Origin: Eledone cirrhosa
Lineage: Eukaryota
DNA length: 64,000 bases
Direction: 5' to 3'
NCBI GenBank assembly: GCA_964016885.1
Contig: OZ024765.1
Location: 20,212,001-20,276,000 of the forward strand
Part shown: one piece after another, positions 12,711 through 25,650 of the stretch
Layout of the letters: each line of letters starts with the position of its first letter
Numbering within the stretch: position 1 is the stretch's first letter
Program-made: the position numbers and the translations under genes
The notes under the pieces: generated by a model
What the model was told of the DNA's origin: nothing
The model's input: the letters and a program-made list of their open reading frames with translations, nothing else
Database searches by the model: none

Positions 12711-13052
12711 AACAAAAGATGGTTAAAGGAGTTCCATGTATTTTATTATGCACATTTCAAAAACACTTGTGGATAGTTCAGTTTTAAATCATCATATGTT
12801 GATTTAAAACTGCACTATCCACAAGTGTTTTTTAGCCTTCATATCATGTCCTCCTGTTTTATCTGATGAAAACACAAATATTATTGCATGATGATATTTG
12901 TTTTTGAAATGCGCATAATAAAATACATGGAACTCCTTTAACCATCTTTTGTTCTTATATATTATGTATACTCCAGTCCCACAAACTGTAGAGTGCTTCT
13001 TATCCGATATCTGCATTGCTTTATTGTACTACAATAAAACTCACCTCCTACA
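12708..13052 (+). mobile_element. PLE-like pLTR element (family A) with inverted 5' partial copy
   Basis: 12708-12790 is a deleted reverse complement of 12795-12960; contains a hammerhead. Confidence 0.75.
12856..12924 (+). ncRNA. Type I hammerhead ribozyme (family A)
   Basis: GUUUUAU CUGAUGA [stem II] GAAA UGCGCA UA AUAAAAU. Confidence 0.9.
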
Positions 13053-13216
13053 TTATATATATATATATATAAATATAATAAATGTAATCTGAGTTTATTT
13101 GAATATTAATAATAACATTTGATTCGTTTGCAATTATGCCAACAAGCCTCAATTTTAAAGCCATGTCAGTAGAATGAACACTTCATTCTTGCTCTTGTGT
13201 TGGCATCTAAACAGAA

Positions 13217-13260
13217 CTGCAGACACTAATGTTTCTGGGTATCACCCTTCATCAGTACAG
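13217..13260 (-). ncRNA. Type I hammerhead ribozyme
   Basis: Minus strand: CUGUA CUGAUGA A[GGGU GAU ACCC]A GAAA CAUUAGUG UC UGCAG; GUC cleavage triplet; stem I extends with GGG/UUC. Confidence 0.8.
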
Positions 13261-13530
13261 CCCACTGTTCACCTGCCAAACTGTCAAAGCTAGTGAAAAT
13301 ATATGCTATTTTCTAAAATACACATTGACTGATCGGCCTGATTTGCATATTAGCAGACTGGCTGATCAGTCAGATCTGCATATTAGCAGATCCACTGATC
13401 AGCCAGAAACATTAGTGTCTGCAGTTCTGTTCGCATGCTAACATATGAGCAAGAATGAAGTGTTTATTCTACTGACATGGCTATAAAATTGAGGCTTGTT
13501 GGCATAATTGCAAACGAATTGAATGTTATT

Positions 13531-13635
13531 CCCGCCGAGGTTAACTTTGCCTTTCATCCTTACGGGGTCGATAAAATAAAGTACCAGTAATGCACTGGAT
13601 AATTGCTGGCCTTGTGCCAAAAGTAGAAACAATTA
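13531..13635 (+). mobile_element. Meta-type SINE 3' fragment inserted in the right arm of fold-back 13077-13668
   Basis: cccgccgaggttaactttgcctttcatccttacggggtcgataaaataaagtacc; the host arm resumes after it. Confidence 0.8.
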
Positions 13636-13760
13636 TTAATATTGGAAAAACTCAGATTACATTTATTGTATTCAGCCATGTAGAGCGAAATTTTCTTTTA
13701 TATATATATATATAAAAGCAGGGAAAAGCGGACATAAAATGATGATGATGATGATGATGA

Positions 13761-13799
<39 letters not shown>

Positions 13800-13803
<4 letters not shown>

Positions 13804-14107
13804 GGAGGTGAGTTTTATTGTAGTACAATAAAGCAATGCAGATATCGGATAAGAAGCACTCTACAGTTTGTGGGACTGGAGTATACATAATATATAAGAA
13901 CAAAAGATGGTTAAAGGAGTTCCATGTATTTTATTATGCGCATTTCAATATGTTGATTTAAAACTGAACTATCCACAAGTGTTTTTTAGCCTTCATATCA
14001 TGTCCTCCTGTTTTATCTGATGAAAACACAAATATTATTGCATGATGATATTTGTTTTTGAAATGCGCATAATAAAATAGATGGAACTCCTTTAACCATC
14101 TTTTGTT

Positions 14108-14110
<3 letters not shown>
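13800..14110 (+). mobile_element. PLE-like pLTR element (family A) with inverted 5' partial copy
   Basis: 13800-13948 is the reverse complement of the family 3' end; forward copy follows; TA flanks. Confidence 0.75.
14010..14078 (+). ncRNA. Type I hammerhead ribozyme (family A)
   Basis: Same fold as 12856-12924. Confidence 0.9.
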
Positions 14111-14160
<50 letters not shown>

Positions 14161-14292
14161 GTGAGGGTTTTTTTTACAAAATGAAAAATAACCGAGGTGT
14201 CCTACACGAGTGAAAGTATAAAGAAAAAGAGATGAAATCGAAAATGCAACTGAAGTCTTATTTTAAAAAAAAATATATATATTTATTTGGTT

Positions 14293-14330
14293 CCTTTACC
14301 GGTTTCGCAGTTCTTCTGCTTTTCAAAAGG
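14293..14330 (-). ncRNA. Hammerhead ribozyme, U3-A8 core variant (left arm of palindrome)
   Basis: Mirror of 14406-14443. Confidence 0.7.
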
Positions 14331-14405
14331 TGAGTTGAGATGGAGGGTCTGTGGTTTTTCTCACATCTGATGTGAGAAAAACCACAGACCCTCCATCTCA
14401 ACTCA

Positions 14406-14443
14406 CCTTTTGAAAAGCAGAAGAACTGCGAAACCGGTAAAGG
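14406..14443 (+). ncRNA. Hammerhead ribozyme, U3-A8 core variant (right arm of palindrome)
   Basis: CCUU UUGAAAA [GCAG AAGAA CUGC] GAAA CCGG UA AAGG; C3-G8 replaced by the compensatory U3-A8. Confidence 0.7.
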
Positions 14444-14510
14444 AACCAAATAAATATATATATTTTTAAAAAAAATAAGACTTCAGTTGCATTTTCGATT
14501 TCATCTCTTT

Positions 14511-14547
<37 letters not shown>

Positions 14548-14736
14548 TATATCTAGCCATTGGAGTCCTGAATATTTTTATATTATATATATAGGGTAGA
14601 CATAGATGCAATTCAATTTATGTCGGGATGTTCTGAAGCTCATAAGAGAAGGGACAATTCCATATAAACCATAACTTTTCGTCTGTTCCCTAGAATCTAG
14701 GATTGCCTAAGGAACATAACCTTTTACTCAATGTAG

Positions 14737-14801
14737 CTGTCTGATGAGATCACAGCAATAGTCAAATAAGTGACCATGACTCCTTGAAATATGTATCACA
14801 G
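14737..14801 (+). ncRNA. Type I hammerhead ribozyme (weak stem II)
   Basis: CUGU CUGAUGA [...] GAAA UAUGUA UC ACAG. Confidence 0.6.
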
Positions 14802-14894
14802 ATTAATAAAGGACTCTTTAACATCTACAACTTTGTATTTTCCTCATTATATATATATATATGTTATATATTATGTATATATATATATATACAT

Positions 14895-15076
14895 ATCATC
14901 ATCATCATCATCAATATTTTATGTCCACTTTTCCCTGCTTGCAAGGGTGGGACGGGTCCTATTCAGCACAGCATCTCTCCACTCGTCACAGTCCTTCGTC
15001 ATCTCCACGGTGAGCTTCAGCAATCTGAGGTCTGTTCTCACCACCTCCACCCATGTTTTTCGTGGTCTTCCTCTAC
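14895..15076 (-). mobile_element. RTE LINE 3' end
   Basis: Reverse of ...RPRKTWVEVVRTDLRLLKLTVEMTKD...; (CAT)n on plus. Confidence 0.85.
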
Positions 15077-15081
15077 TGCAT

Positions 15082-15417
15082 ATGGCTTAGTGGTTAGAGC
15101 ATTGGCCTTGCAATCGAAAGGTTGTGAGTTCAATTCTCAGACCGGGTGATGTGTTGTTTCCTTGAGCAAGACACTTTATTTCACATTGCTCCAGTTTACT
15201 CAGCTGTAGAAATGAGATGATAGGGACTGGGGTCCCTATCATTCCACTGCAAAGTGGTCGTGTAGGTGCCACGGCAAAAAAGCACCCAGCACTCACTGTA
15301 AATGAGGTTGGTGTTAGGAAGGGCATCCAGCTGTAGAAATCAAGCCAGAATCAGTTCCCGTCCCACCCTTGCAAGCAGGGAAAAGTGGACGTAAAAAATG
15401 ATGATGATGATGATGAT
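15082..15417 (+). mobile_element. Full-length CORE-type tRNA SINE
   Basis: atggcttagtggttagagc (A box), gagttcaattc (B box), CORE-like region, RTE-type tail with (TGA)n. Confidence 0.9.
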
Positions 15418-15429
15418 TATATATATATA

Positions 15430-15615
15430 TCTATCTAAGGCGGGTAAAATTCCCGAGATCCATGGACGAGTTCTCTCCAGCGGTCTCTGTCCCTCATTAT
15501 CGCTGCCATGTCCTGCGTCTCCAACAGGCCAGTGTCTGTCCTTAGGGCATCAACATACGTTAACCTTGGTCTTCCTCTTCCAGTGTGTCCATGTCTGACC
15601 TTCGTAGAGACCTGA
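15430..15615 (-). mobile_element. 3' end of a second RTE/RTEX-like LINE family
   Basis: HGHTGRGRPRLTYVDALRTDTGLLETQDMAAIMRDRDRWRELV*, a typical RTE C-terminus. Confidence 0.75.
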
Positions 15616-15766
15616 ACATATATATATATATATAAATACATATATATGTTATAAAGTGAAATGACAGTAGGCCAAATACTACTGGTTTAGTTCAGATCTA
15701 GCTGTCGAAACGACCGGAGGTCAGTTGTCGGGGTCCTGACTCTTTTACTATATATATATATATATA

Positions 15767-15935
15767 TCATCATTTCATTTTACGTCCACTTTTCCCTGCT
15801 TGCAAGGGTGGGACGGGAACTGATTCTGGATTGATTTCTACAGCTGGATGCCCTTCCTAACACCAACCTCATTTACAGTGAGTGCTGGGTGCTTTTTTGC
15901 CGTGGCACCTCCACGACCACTTTGCAGTGGAATGA
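15767..15935 (-). mobile_element. CORE-type SINE 3' half
   Basis: Identity with 15240-15410. Confidence 0.85.
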
Positions 15936-17425
<1,490 letters not shown>

Positions 17426-18089
17426 ATCTCAGAGAGAGAGGGGATGAGAGGGTGGGGGTGAGAAGGGAGTGGGGGAGGTTGGTTATGGAAGGGGCACCTG
17501 GCTAACAAAGCCTTAGTGGGTGGGGACACACTAGTTTAACAAAGGGGTGTGTGGGGAGGAGAAACACTTGTATATTTAATTGAACCCCACCCCCACCCCC
17601 ACCCACCCCACACACACACACATGATGCATCTCCCTCCTTCCTCTCACTCCTCACCCTCAACCCCAAACCTGACACACTCTACTACCTCACTCCCTCCCC
17701 AACCCAAAACTAGACCCCCCACCCAACACACTGCACCCCCCATACATCACCTCATCACCCCACCCCACCCCCACACTGCACCTCTCACCCCACATCGCCA
17801 CATCACCCCCACCCCCACACTGCACCCCTCACCCCACATCGCCACATCACCCACCCCACACTGCACCACCTCAACACTCCCACTCCCACTCCCCATACAC
17901 ATCACCACATCACCCCCACCCTCACACTGCACCTCCTCATCACTCCCTCCCTCTGCCAGTCTCACCCTCACACACCCTCCCTCCACTGGACTTAATCACC
18001 ACAAGGTTTGAAAGACAAATATTGATTTCAACTGAGTCTGAATAGAAAACTGACTAAATATTGCCTCAAACTAGTCTGTGGTGGATAGA

Positions 18090-18420
18090 GGTTGTCCTGG
18101 GGCACTGGGAGTTCAACCCCCAGGATAGATGGTTGCATATTGGTTGTCCTGGGGCTCTGGGAGTTCAACCCCCAGGATAGATGGTTGCATATTGGTTGTC
18201 CTGGGGCTCTGGGAGTTCGACCCCCAGGATGGATGGTTGCATATTGGTTGTTCTGGGGCTCTGGGAGTTCAACCCCCAGGATAGATGGTTGCATATTGGT
18301 TGTTCTGGGGCTCTGGGAGTTCAACCCCCAGGATAGATGGTTGCATATTGGTTGTCCTGGGGCTCTGGGAGTTCAACCCCCAGGATAGATGGTTGCATAT
18401 TGGTTGTTCTGGGGTCTGGC
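18090..18420. repeat. 52-bp minisatellite, about 6 copies, with B-box/T-arm-like core
   Basis: Unit ggttgtcctggggctctgggagttcaacccccaggatagatggttgcatatt starts at 18090, 18142, 18194 and onward. Confidence 0.9.
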
Positions 18421-18425
18421 AGTTC

Positions 18426-18965
18426 AAATGTTTATAGTATCTTTACTGGTGGACAGATTGTTGTGAATATTTACAGTATTACAGTAAAGACTTTAATATT
18501 TAATGTGATGCAGTCATAGTGTTGTTTTGTAGTAAATGTTTATAGTATCTTTACTGGTGGACAGATTGTTGTGAATATTTACAGTATTACAGTAAAGACT
18601 TTAATATTTAATGTGATGTAGTCATAGTGTTGTTTTGTACTAAATGTTTATAGTATCTTTACTGGTGGACAGATTGTTGTGAATATTTACAGTATTACAG
18701 TAAAGACTTTAATATCTAATGTGATGTAGTCATAGTGTTGTTTTGTACTAAATGTTTATAGTATCTTTACTGGTAGACAGATTGTTGTGAATATTTACAG
18801 TATTACAGTAAAGACTTTAATATTTAATGCGATGTAGTCATAGTGCTGTTTTGTACTAAATGTTTATAGTATCTTTACTGTTAGACAGATTGTTGTGAAT
18901 ATTTACAGTATTACAGTAAAGACTTTAATATTTAATGCGATGTAGTCATAGTGTTGTTTTGTACT
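18426..18965. repeat. 108-bp tandem repeat, 5 copies
   Basis: Unit starts at 18426, 18534, 18642, 18750, 18858. Confidence 0.9.
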
Positions 18966-18997
18966 TTTCAAGAATGTTTTGCATCTCAGAATATGAT

Positions 18998-21900
18998 GGT
19001 GAATACAAGGTGCTGAGATGGGGTTCCTCCGAAGGCTCTTTGGAGTAACGTTACTTAATAGAATGCGTAGCTCGGAGATCTGAGAGTCACTCCAGGTAGA
19101 GCCAGTACTTCTCTAAATTGAGAGACCACAGCTCTGATACTACAGACATGTGGTTAGAATGTCTGAGGAAAGAATCTCTGAATTGAGAGATCACAGCTCT
19201 GATACTACAGACATGTGGTGGTTAGAATGTCTGAGGAAAGAATCTCTGAATTGAGAGATCATAGCTCTGATACTACAGACATGTGGTTAGAATGTCTCAG
19301 GAAAGAATCTCTGAATTGAGAGATCACAGCTTTGATACTACAGACATGTGGTTAGAATGTCTCAGGAAAGAATCACTGAATTGAGAGATCACAGCTCTGA
19401 TACTACAGACATGTGGTTAGAATGTCTGAGGAAAGAATCTCTGAATTGAGAGATCATAGCTCTGATACTACAGACATGTGGTTAGAATGTCTCAGGAAAG
19501 AATCACTGAATTGAGAGATCACAGCTCTGATACTACAGACATGTGGTTAGAATGTCTGAGGAAAGAATCTCTGAATTGAGAGATCATAGCTGTGATACTA
19601 CAGACATGTGGTTAGAATGTCTCAGGAAAGAATCTCTAAATTGAGAGATCACAGCTCTGATACTACAGACATGTGGTTAGAATGTCTCAGGAAAGAATCA
19701 CTGAATTGAGAGATCACAGCTCTGATACTACAGACATGTGGTTAGAATGTCTGAGGAAAGAATCTCTGAATTGAGAGATCATAGCTCTGATACTACAGAC
19801 ATGTGGTTAGAATGTCTCAGGAAAGAATCACTGAATTGAGAGATCACAGCTCTGATACTACAGACATGTGGTTAGAATGTCTGAGGAAAGAATCTCTGAA
19901 TTGAGAGATCATAGCTCTGATACTACAGACATGTGGTTAGAATGTCTGAGGAAAGAATCTCTGAATTGAGAGACCACAGCTCTGATACTACAGACATGTG
20001 GTTAGAATGTCTGAGGAAAGAATCTCTAAATTGAGAGATCACAGCTCTGATACTACAGACATGTGGTTAGAATGTCTGAGGAAAGAATCTCTGAATTGAG
20101 AGACCACAGCTCTGATACTACAGACATGTGGTTAGAATGTCTCAGGAAAGAATCTCTGAATTGAGAGATCACAGCTCTGATACTACAGACATGTGGTTAG
20201 AATGTCTGAGGAAAGAATCTCTGAATTGAGAGATCACAGCTCTGATACTACAGACATGTGGTTAGAATGTCTGAGGAAAGAATCTCTGAATTGAGAGATC
20301 ACAGCTCTGATACTACAGACATGTGGTTAGAATGTCTGAGGAAAGAATCTCTGAATTGAGAGATCACAGCTGTGATACTACAGACATGTGGTTAGAATGT
20401 CTGAGGAAAGAATCTCTGAATTGAGAGATCACAGCTCTGATACTACAGACATGTGGTTAGAATGTCTGAGGAAAGAATCTCTGAATTGAGAGATCACAGC
20501 TCTGATACTACAGACATGTGGTTAGAATGTCTGAGGAAAGAATCTCTGAATTGAGAGATCACAGCTCTGATACTACAGACATGTGGTTAGAATGTCTGAG
20601 GAAAGAATCTCTGAATTGAGAGATCATAGCTCTGATACTACAGACATGTGGTTAGAATGTCTCAGGAAAGAATCTCTAAATTGAGAGATCACAGCTCTGA
20701 TACTACAGACATGTGGTTAGAATGTCTGAGGAAAGAATCTCTGAATTGAGAGATCACAGCTCTGATACTACAGACATGTGGTTAGAATGTCTGAGGAAAG
20801 AATCTCTGAATTGAGAGATCACAGCTCTGATACTACAGACATGTGGTTAGAATGTCTCAGGAAAGAATCACTGAATTGAGAGATCACAGCTCTGATACTA
20901 CAGACATGTGGTTAGAATGTCTGAGGAAAGAATCTCTGAATTGAGAGATCATAGCTCTGATACTACAGACATGTGGTTAGAATGTCTCAGGAAAGAATCA
21001 CTGAATTGAGAGATCACAGCTCTGATACTACAGACATGTGGTTAGAATGTCTGAGGAAAGAATCTCTGAATTGAGAGATCACAGCTCTGATACTACAGAC
21101 ATGTGGTTAGAATGTCTGAGGAAAGAATCTCTGAATTGAGAGATCACAGCTGTGATACTACAGACATGTGGTTAGAATGTTTCAGGAAAGAATCTCTAAA
21201 TTGAGAGATCACAGCTCTGATACTACAGACATGTGGTTAGAATGTCTGAGGAAAGAATCTCTGAATTGAGAGACCACAGCTCTGATACTACAGACATGTG
21301 GTTAGAATGTCTCAGGAAAGAATCTCTAAATTGAGAGATCACAGCTCTGATACTACAGACATGTGGTTAGAATGTCTGAGGAAAGAATCTCTGAATTGAG
21401 AGACCACAGCTCTGATACTACAGACATGTGGTTAGAATGTCTCAGGAAAGAATCTCTGAATTGAGAGATCACAGCTCTGATACTACAGACATGAGGTTAG
21501 AATGTCTGAGGAAAGAATCTCTGAATTGAGAGATCACAGCTCTGATACTACAGACATGTGGTTAGAATGTCTCAGGAAAGAATCTCTAAATTGAGAGATC
21601 ACAGCTCTGATACTACAGACATGTGGTTAGAATGTCTGAGGAAAGAATCTCTGAATTGAGAGACCACAGCTCTGATACTACAGACATGTGGTTAGAATGT
21701 CTGAGGAAAGAATCTCTGAATTGAGAGATCACAGCTCTGATACTACAGACATGTGGTTAGAATGTCTGAGGAAAGAATCTCTGAATTGAGAGATCACAGC
21801 TCTGATACTACAGACATGTGGTTAGAATGTCTGAGGAAAGAATCTCTGAATTGAGAGACCACAGCTCTGATACTACAGACATGTGGTTAGAATGTCTGAG

Positions 21901-22215
21901 GAAATAATCTCTGAATTGAGAGACCACAGCTCTGATACTACAGACATGTGGTTAGAATGTCTGAGGAAAGAATCTCTGAATTGAGAGACCACAGCTCTGA
22001 TACTACAGACATGTGGTTAGAATGTCTGAGGAAAGAATCACTGGACAGATTTTACAGGAAAAACCAACTGGCAAGAGATCCAAGGGTAGACCCCCAAGCA
22101 AGGTAGTTGGATAACATCCATGAGCTTGGCTGGTCTTGCTTGGAGATCCAGCCAGATCAGTTGGAGATGGTTGATTCTGACAGGACCTGCTCCCATGACC
22201 CTATCAGGAATAAGT
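18998..22215 (+). mobile_element. RTE (Expander/Rex3-like) LINE C-terminal relic split by an internal satellite
   Basis: RIQGAEMGFLRRLFGVTLLNRMRSSEI*ESLQVEPVLL*IERPQL*YYRHVVRMSEER, then the array, then ITGQILQEKPTGKRSKGRP..LDNIHELGWSCLEIQPDQL. Confidence 0.85.
19111..22038 (+). repeat. 65-bp satellite, 45 copies, derived from RTE coding sequence
   Basis: Unit ctctgaattgagagatcacagctctgatactacagacatgtggttagaatgtctgaggaaagaat; 2928 bp = 45 x 65 plus one 3-bp insertion. Confidence 0.95.
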
Positions 22216-22584
22216 GGGCAAAGAAAAAGAAGAAGGCAAAGAATATATATAGGCGCATGGTTAGAGTAGGCCCATTCACACGAGCCATTCTCGCCACATT
22301 CACCCACCTTTCAGCAAATGTACTGGAGGGAGGGGGCAGCACTTCTCTCTCCACCCTCACCTTCCTTTCCAGGTGAAACTTGAAGAAGTAGATGAGGGAT
22401 TGGCCGAAGAGAAAAGTGTCTGTCTTCAGTCCTTTCAATCTGGTCAACCTCTTTCGCAATTTCCACCAGACAGGAAAATTGCCTGCCCTTCCTGGCCTAA
22501 GGAAGGCGGTGGGTCGATCTTCACTATGGACTCGGCCGATAGCTGGATCCGTTCTACACCCGATAACAGCTGTTTGACATTAAC

Positions 22585-22795
22585 AATGGTTTCTTATATA
22601 GGCACAAGGCCAGCATTTTGGGGGGAGGGGGAAGTTGATTAAATCGACCCCAGTACGTGACTGGTACTTTATTTTATCGACCCTGTAAGGATGAAAGGCA
22701 AAGTTAACCTTGGCTGGATTTGAACTCAGACCATAAAGGGCCGTAACTCTGTGCTGCAAAGCATGGTGTCCGACCCTCTACTTATACTGCCAATA
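22585..22795 (-). mobile_element. Meta-type tRNA SINE
   Basis: Reverse of tggcagtat...ggtctgagttcaaatcc...gttaactttgcctttcatcc...gtcgataaaataaagtacc. Confidence 0.8.
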
Positions 22796-22802
22796 ATAAT
22801 AA

Positions 22803-23667
22803 TAATTGTTTCTACTTTTGGCACAAGGCCAGCAATTACCCAGTGTATTACTGGTATAGTGCATCTTCGCTTATCCGGATATCGCTTTTCCGAAATTCGT
22901 TTTACTGGACGGCTATTTCTATACTACCTCCAGATGAGGAGGACTTGATTTCGGCAGACGGACAGATTCGGGCAGCATTTCTTCCGGTGAACGTTACGTC
23001 ACTTGGACTAGGGAGTTTTGGAGACACTAAAGCGGATTTACAGAAAACAATTGCTGCGGGATTTGATCGGGAAAGGGGACACGGGAATGATTCCATTTTT
23101 ATGTGTGATAAACATGAGGGGGGGTAGTTGACCGTTCAGTTGTTGCGTGGAAATGTTAGCAGGAAATGTTAGCGGGAAATGTTAGCGTGAAATGTTAGCG
23201 GAACGACGAGCTTCGGCTCGAAAACAATCTTATATTTATTCTTTTTTATAAAAGTACTAACTTTTTATAGTTTGACTCAATTCAGTTTTACCAAGTTTTT
23301 AGTTATTCTTATTTTTGTTTTATTAATTTTCTTAAAAATTCTAGTTGTTCTTTTGTTATTCTAATAAACTTTCTTTACTTAACATTTGTCTTTTATTTTG
23401 ACTAAAAGAAGCCAAAACATTAGAAACCTCGAGCATTAGGTAACAATGGGATTTTAGAATTCACTTATCCGGATATTTCACTTAACCGGATCTTTTTCTG
23501 TTTGGTTTTGACCGTCCGGATAAGCGAAGATTCACTGTACTTTATTTTATCGACCCCGTAAGGATGAAAGGCAAAGTTAACCTCGGCGGGATTTGAACTC
23601 AGACCGTAAAGGGCCGTAACTCTGTGCTGTAAAGCATGGTGTCCGACCCTCTACCTATACTGCCAAT
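22803..23667 (-). mobile_element. Meta-type SINE interrupted by a MITE
   Basis: SINE sequence gtattactggta|ctttattttatcgacc is split at TA (22855-56 and 23538-39). Confidence 0.85.
22857..23537. mobile_element. Non-autonomous Tc1/mariner-superfamily (pogo/Tigger-like) element, 681 bp
   Basis: 23-bp TIRs TAGTGCATCTTCGCTTATCCGGA / TCCGGATAAGCGAAGATTCACTG, subterminal TTATCCGG repeats, TA target duplication. Confidence 0.85.
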
Positions 23668-23747
23668 TTTGCCAATGTGGTTTTCTTCACAGTAGAAGAA
23701 GTTAAGCATGTTAACAGATAACCTAACGAGCTGACAATTATTTCATA

Positions 23748-24540
23748 TGGCGGTGGATTGGCAGTATCGGTAGAGGGTCGGACGCCATGCTTTCCAGCAT
23801 AGTTACGTCCCTTTGCGGTCTGAGTTCAAATCCCGCCGAGGTTGACTTTGCCTTTCATCCTTACGGGGTCGATAAAATAAAGTACCAGTAATGTACTGGG
23901 TATGTGCTGGCCTTGTGCCTAAAGTAGAAACAATTATTTCTGAAGACAGGGTGGTGGCTTGGCAGTATCGGTAGAGGGTCGGACGCCATGCTTTCCAGCA
24001 TAGTTACGTCCCTTTACGATCTGAGTTCAAATCCCGCCGAGGTTGACTTTGCCTTTCATCCTTACGGGGTCGATAAAATAAAGTACCAGTAATGTACTGG
24101 GTATGTGCTGGCCTTGTGCCTAAAGTAGAAACAATTATTTCTGAAGACAGGGTGGTGGCTTGGCAGTATTGGTAGAGGGTCGGACGCCATGCTTTCCAGC
24201 ATAGTTACGTCCCTTTACGATCTGAGTTCAAATCCCGCCGAGGTTGACTTTGCCTTTCATCCTTACGGGGTCGATAAAATAAAGTACCAGTAATGTACTG
24301 GGTATGTGCTGGCCTTGTGCCTAAAGTAGAAACAATTATTTCTGAAGACAGGGTGGTGGCTTGGCAGTATCGGTAGAGGGTCGGACGCCATGCTTTCCAG
24401 CATAGTTACGTCCTTTTACGATCTGAGTTCAAATCCCGCCGAGGTTGACTTTGCCTTTCATCCTTACGGGGTCGATAAAATAAAGTACCAGTAATGTACT
24501 GGGTAATTGCTGGCCTTGTGCCAATAGTAGAAATAATTAT
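23748..24540 (+). repeat. Tandem array of 4 Meta-type SINE copies (about 201-bp period)
   Basis: Heads at about 23759, 23959, 24160 and 24361; flanked by AATTATTTCA (23736-45 and 24535-44). Confidence 0.9.
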
Positions 24541-24714
24541 TTCAGATTGCCAGACAATATATATTGAAGTGAACAGTTAATTATAACGAACCTACTAATT
24601 ACTGGCTCGCTGACCTTTCACTTAAATGTCACAATTGGGGTAATTATAAACAGAATAAGGTCAATGATGGCTTGACAAAATTGGTAGAGTTTCGGACATG
24701 ACATAGGAGTGTGT

Positions 24715-25613
24715 GTGTGGTGGTGGTGGTGGTGGTGGTGGTGGTGGTGCTGGCGGTGGTGGTAGTGGTGGTGGTGGTGGTGGCGGTGGTGGTGGTGGTG
24801 GTGGTGGTGGTGGTAGTGGTGGTGGTGGCGGTGCTGGCGGTGGTGGTGGCGGTGGTGGTAGTGGTGGTAGTGGTGGTGGTGGTGGTGCTGGCGATGGTGG
24901 TGGTGGTGGTGGTGGCGGTGGTGGTAGTGGTGGTGGTGGTGGTGGTGGTAGTGGTGGTGGTGGTGGTGGTGATGGTGGTGGTGGTGGTGGTGGTGTAGTG
25001 GTGGTGGTAGTGGTGGTGGTGGTGGTATTGTGGTGGTGTAGTGGTGGTGGTAGTGGTGGTGATGGTGGTGGTGGTGGTGGTGGCGGTGGTGGTAGTGGTG
25101 GTGGTGGTGGTGGTGGTGGTGGTATTGTGGTGGTGTAGTGGTGGTGGTAGTGGTGGTGATGGTGGTGGTGGTGGTGGTGGTGGTATTGTGGTGGTGTAGT
25201 GGTGGTGGTAGTGGTGGTGGAGGTGGTGGTGGTAGTGGTGGTGGTGGTGGTATTGTGGTGGTGTAGTGGTGGTGGTAGTATTGTGGTGGTGGTGATGGTG
25301 GTGGTGGTGGTGGTGGTGGCGGTGGTGGTAGTGGTGGTGGTGGTGGTGGTAGTGGTGGTGGTGGTATTGTGGTGGTGTAGTGGTGGTGGTAGTGGTGGTG
25401 ATGGTGGTGGTGGCAGTGGTGGTAGTGGTGGGGGGTATTATGGTGGTGTAGTGGTGGTGGTGGTGATACCGGTGGGGGCGGTGGTGGTGGTGGTGGTGGT
25501 AGTGGTGGTGTTGTTGTTGTTGTTCTTGGTGGTGGTGGTGGTGGTGACGGTGGCGGTGTTGGTGGTGGTGGTGGCAGTGGTGGTGATGGTGGTGGTGTTG
25601 TTGTTGTCGTAGA

Positions 25614-25650
<37 letters not shown>
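24715..25650. repeat. (GGT)n/(GTT)n trinucleotide microsatellite
   Basis: Direct inspection. Confidence 0.95.

Noticed and set aside
15082-15145. SINE heads as functional tRNA genes (also 29494, 36790, 46610, 23755)
   Set aside because: A/B boxes are present but there is no complete cloverleaf, and they continue into SINE bodies.
19111-22038. CRISPR-like appearance of the regular 65-, 49- and 47-bp arrays
   Set aside because: No unique spacers; the units are contiguous and TE-derived, the context is eukaryotic, and there are no cas genes.
24545-24710. Enhancer-like cluster (TAATTA, TGACCTTT, AAGGTCA)
   Set aside because: Short motifs are expected by chance, and no conservation data are available.
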